NCBI GenBank assembly: GCA_000004695.1
Contig: CM000155.2
Coordinates: forward strand, 1,312,001 to 1,376,000
DNA: 64,000 nt
Direction of reading: 5' to 3'
Origin: Dictyostelium discoideum
Lineage: Eukaryota
The notes under the pieces are model-generated. The model was not told where the DNA came from and searched no databases. It saw only the letters and a list, made by a program, of their open reading frames with translations. The position numbers and the translations under genes were made by a program. Below are positions 62,347 through 64,000 of the stretch, in pieces. Each line of letters starts with the position of its first letter. The stretch's first letter is position 1.

Positions 62347-63555
62347 ATGGCTGATGATCACTCAACTGAATTACAGTTAAATCATACAGATAACAACACA
62401 ACCAATACAAATAATACCTTCACAACCTCAACAACAAAAAACAAAAGTGTAAAAATCGACACACCTAAAAAACAAACCCCAACAAACCAACTTTTACTAA
62501 ACAAAGGACTTGATAATCAATTAGATATCATTGCACCTCCATCAATCACAAGACCACTCTCTTTCTTAGAAAAAAACAATAACACCATCAACATTAAGTG
62601 TTACTTTAATCAACCACTCATCCGTGAAGAATTAACCTCAAAAGATGACACAAGAATTCAACAAATTCACAAAAACATTCACAAACTCTTCGAAGATATA
62701 CTGTCGCCATCAGCATTCAAAATAATTGGTGCAACTGCCTTCGTAAATTGCAACGTTGATAAATTAACTTCAATAATCAACCTTCAAAACCAACTTGCAC
62801 TAAATATCGACAAACTCAACTATAGATTCGATATATCATCAAATGATTATGCAATCATTAAAACATTCATTAAAACGTACTCACCCAAACATGCAAACGA
62901 TGCAATTACAAACAACCTCACTAAATTCACCAGTTGTACATCAATTGAATCATTTACTGTCACATACTCATATGCTGTTGCGTTTAAAAGCTACATTATA
63001 ACATATCATCTAATTGATCACACACACAACATTGTTGATCAAAAGATCGAACAACCATCTGGTATCACAAGATATATCAAAGCTGCAACACGTAGTGTCA
63101 CTAAACACAAAATTCAACATGCAAAAAATGCAGATATGGCAACAACTATAAAAAATGCCATCACAAACCCAAACATGAACAAAAACAATCAACCACCAAA
63201 AAACAACATTAACACCCCACCAATCAACGAAATTGCAAATTCCAATCGCAATAATAACTCACTTCAAAATAGTGGTTCAAAAGCTATACTAAATGAATCA
63301 CTTGATATTAACAATCAATCCCAAAACAATAATGAAATTTCACACAAAAGTGATTCTTCAAATAATAATAACGGGAAAAACTCATTATCAATGAGCAATC
63401 CAACCGATCCAACAATTGTACCACAAAAACCTCTACAATCTCAACCAAACAAACCAAGTGCACCAACTCCAAATACAATAAATACAAGAAGAAGCAGCAA
63501 TGCCCTGACTACACAACCAGTCAATACTGGTGCTGCCAAACCTAGTAAGGTATGA
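62347..63555 (+). CDS. retrotransposon ORF1 (402 aa, T/N/P-rich nucleic-acid-binding protein)
   Basis: Intact ORF from ATG (62347) to TGA (63553-55). Composition and codon usage are unlike host genes (more C, fewer A/T at third positions). Confidence 0.7.
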   Translation: MADDHSTELQLNHTDNNTTNTNNTFTTSTTKNKSVKIDTPKKQTPTNQLLLNKGLDNQLDIIAPPSITRPLSFLEKNNNTINIKCYFNQPLIREELTSKDDTRIQQIHKNIHKLFEDILSPSAFKIIGATAFVNCNVDKLTSIINLQNQLALNIDKLNYRFDISSNDYAIIKTFIKTYSPKHANDAITNNLTKFTSCTSIESFTVTYSYAVAFKSYIITYHLIDHTHNIVDQKIEQPSGITRYIKAATRSVTKHKIQHAKNADMATTIKNAITNPNMNKNNQPPKNNINTPPINEIANSNRNNNSLQNSGSKAILNESLDINNQSQNNNEISHKSDSSNNNNGKNSLSMSNPTDPTIVPQKPLQSQPNKPSAPTPNTINTRRSSNALTTQPVNTGAAKPSKV

Positions 63556-64000
63556 GCTCAAAAATCAACTTTATAACATGGAATTGTAGAGGATTCACTG
63601 AAAACCCAAACAATCAACACAATTCCTACCAAAAAGCTGTTGACACACTACAACTACTTATTTCAAAACTTCCACCTCGTCCAACAATCTCAATACTCAC
63701 TGAACTCAATTCATCACCATTACAACTTAAACATGATTTTCCCGATCACATCATCTCTGTCACCAAACGAGGAAATGGTGTAATCATCATTAACCATAAC
63801 CCAAACACACTCAAACTCAAACACATATCAACAATTGATGGTAGAGCTATTTTAGCAGACGTTATATTTCCAAATCAATTACCAATTGGTATTCTTGGAA
63901 TTTACGCACCAGCATCAAATAATACCATCAAAAAGAATTCATATGCAACTTCACTACAAACACTTCTCCACAACCACTCAACAAACCCAATACCAAACCA
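63552..64000 (+). CDS. retrotransposon ORF2, N-terminal apurinic-endonuclease domain (partial, runs off the window)
   Basis: The ATG at 63552 overlaps the ORF1 stop (ATGA). MSSKINFITWNCRGFTENP...GRAILADVIFPNQLPIGILGIYAPASNN are typical APE-domain motifs of non-LTR ORF2 proteins. Confidence 0.7.
   Translation, partial: MSSKINFITWNCRGFTENPNNQHNSYQKAVDTLQLLISKLPPRPTISILTELNSSPLQLKHDFPDHIISVTKRGNGVIIINHNPNTLKLKHISTIDGRAILADVIFPNQLPIGILGIYAPASNNTIKKNSYATSLQTLLHNHSTNPIPN

Larger units (their letters stand above)
62210..64000 (+). mobile_element. 5' portion of a TRE3-type (tRNA-gene-targeted, downstream-integrating) non-LTR retrotransposon. It continues beyond the window end.
   Basis: Located 50-190 bp downstream of tRNA-Ile, just beyond its exB box, in the same orientation. 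The base composition is much less AT-rich than host intergenic DNA. It carries ORF1 and ORF2 overlapping by ATGA, and ORF2 opens with the APE endonuclease signature NFITWNCRGF. Confidence 0.7.

Overview
This window is a dense stretch of Dictyostelium-type nuclear DNA (social amoeba). It is extremely AT-rich (about 75-80% A+T), has long poly(A)/poly(T) intergenic runs and (AAC)n/(CAA)n tracts encoding poly-Asn/poly-Gln, and short AT-rich introns with GTAAGT/GTATGT donors and AG acceptors. The arrangement of tRNA gene, exB box and TRE3-type retrotransposon is diagnostic of Dictyostelium discoideum.

I find about 21 protein-coding genes, most with one to six introns, plus two tRNA genes and a retrotransposon:
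- Recognisable housekeeping genes: lysosomal alpha-mannosidase (manA-like, 1010 aa), TFIID subunit TAF1, RNA polymerase II subunit RPB3, UPF3, the retriever subunit VPS26C/DSCR3, RPF2 (Brix), a PP2C phosphatase, an ICME-like alpha/beta hydrolase and a class-I glutamine amidotransferase-like protein.
- A large helicase gene whose motifs are those of the R subunit of type I restriction enzymes, fused to armadillo-like repeats. This is the most unusual gene in the window.
- A tandem array of four small secreted CBM49-like proteins, two secreted or type-I membrane glycoproteins and several small membrane proteins.
- tRNA-Val(AAC) on the minus strand and tRNA-Ile(AAU) on the plus strand, each with a downstream extra B box (exB).
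- The 5' part of a TRE3-type non-LTR retrotransposon inserted just downstream of tRNA-Ile, running off the right edge of the window.

Gene models were built by hand from the ORF track plus splice-site inspection. Frames were checked against the track, but manually derived exon boundaries may be off by +/-1-3 nt, especially next to long homopolymers. Several 5' ends (start codons) could not be resolved, and two loci show apparent frame disruptions. No prokaryotic features (operons, CRISPR) are present.
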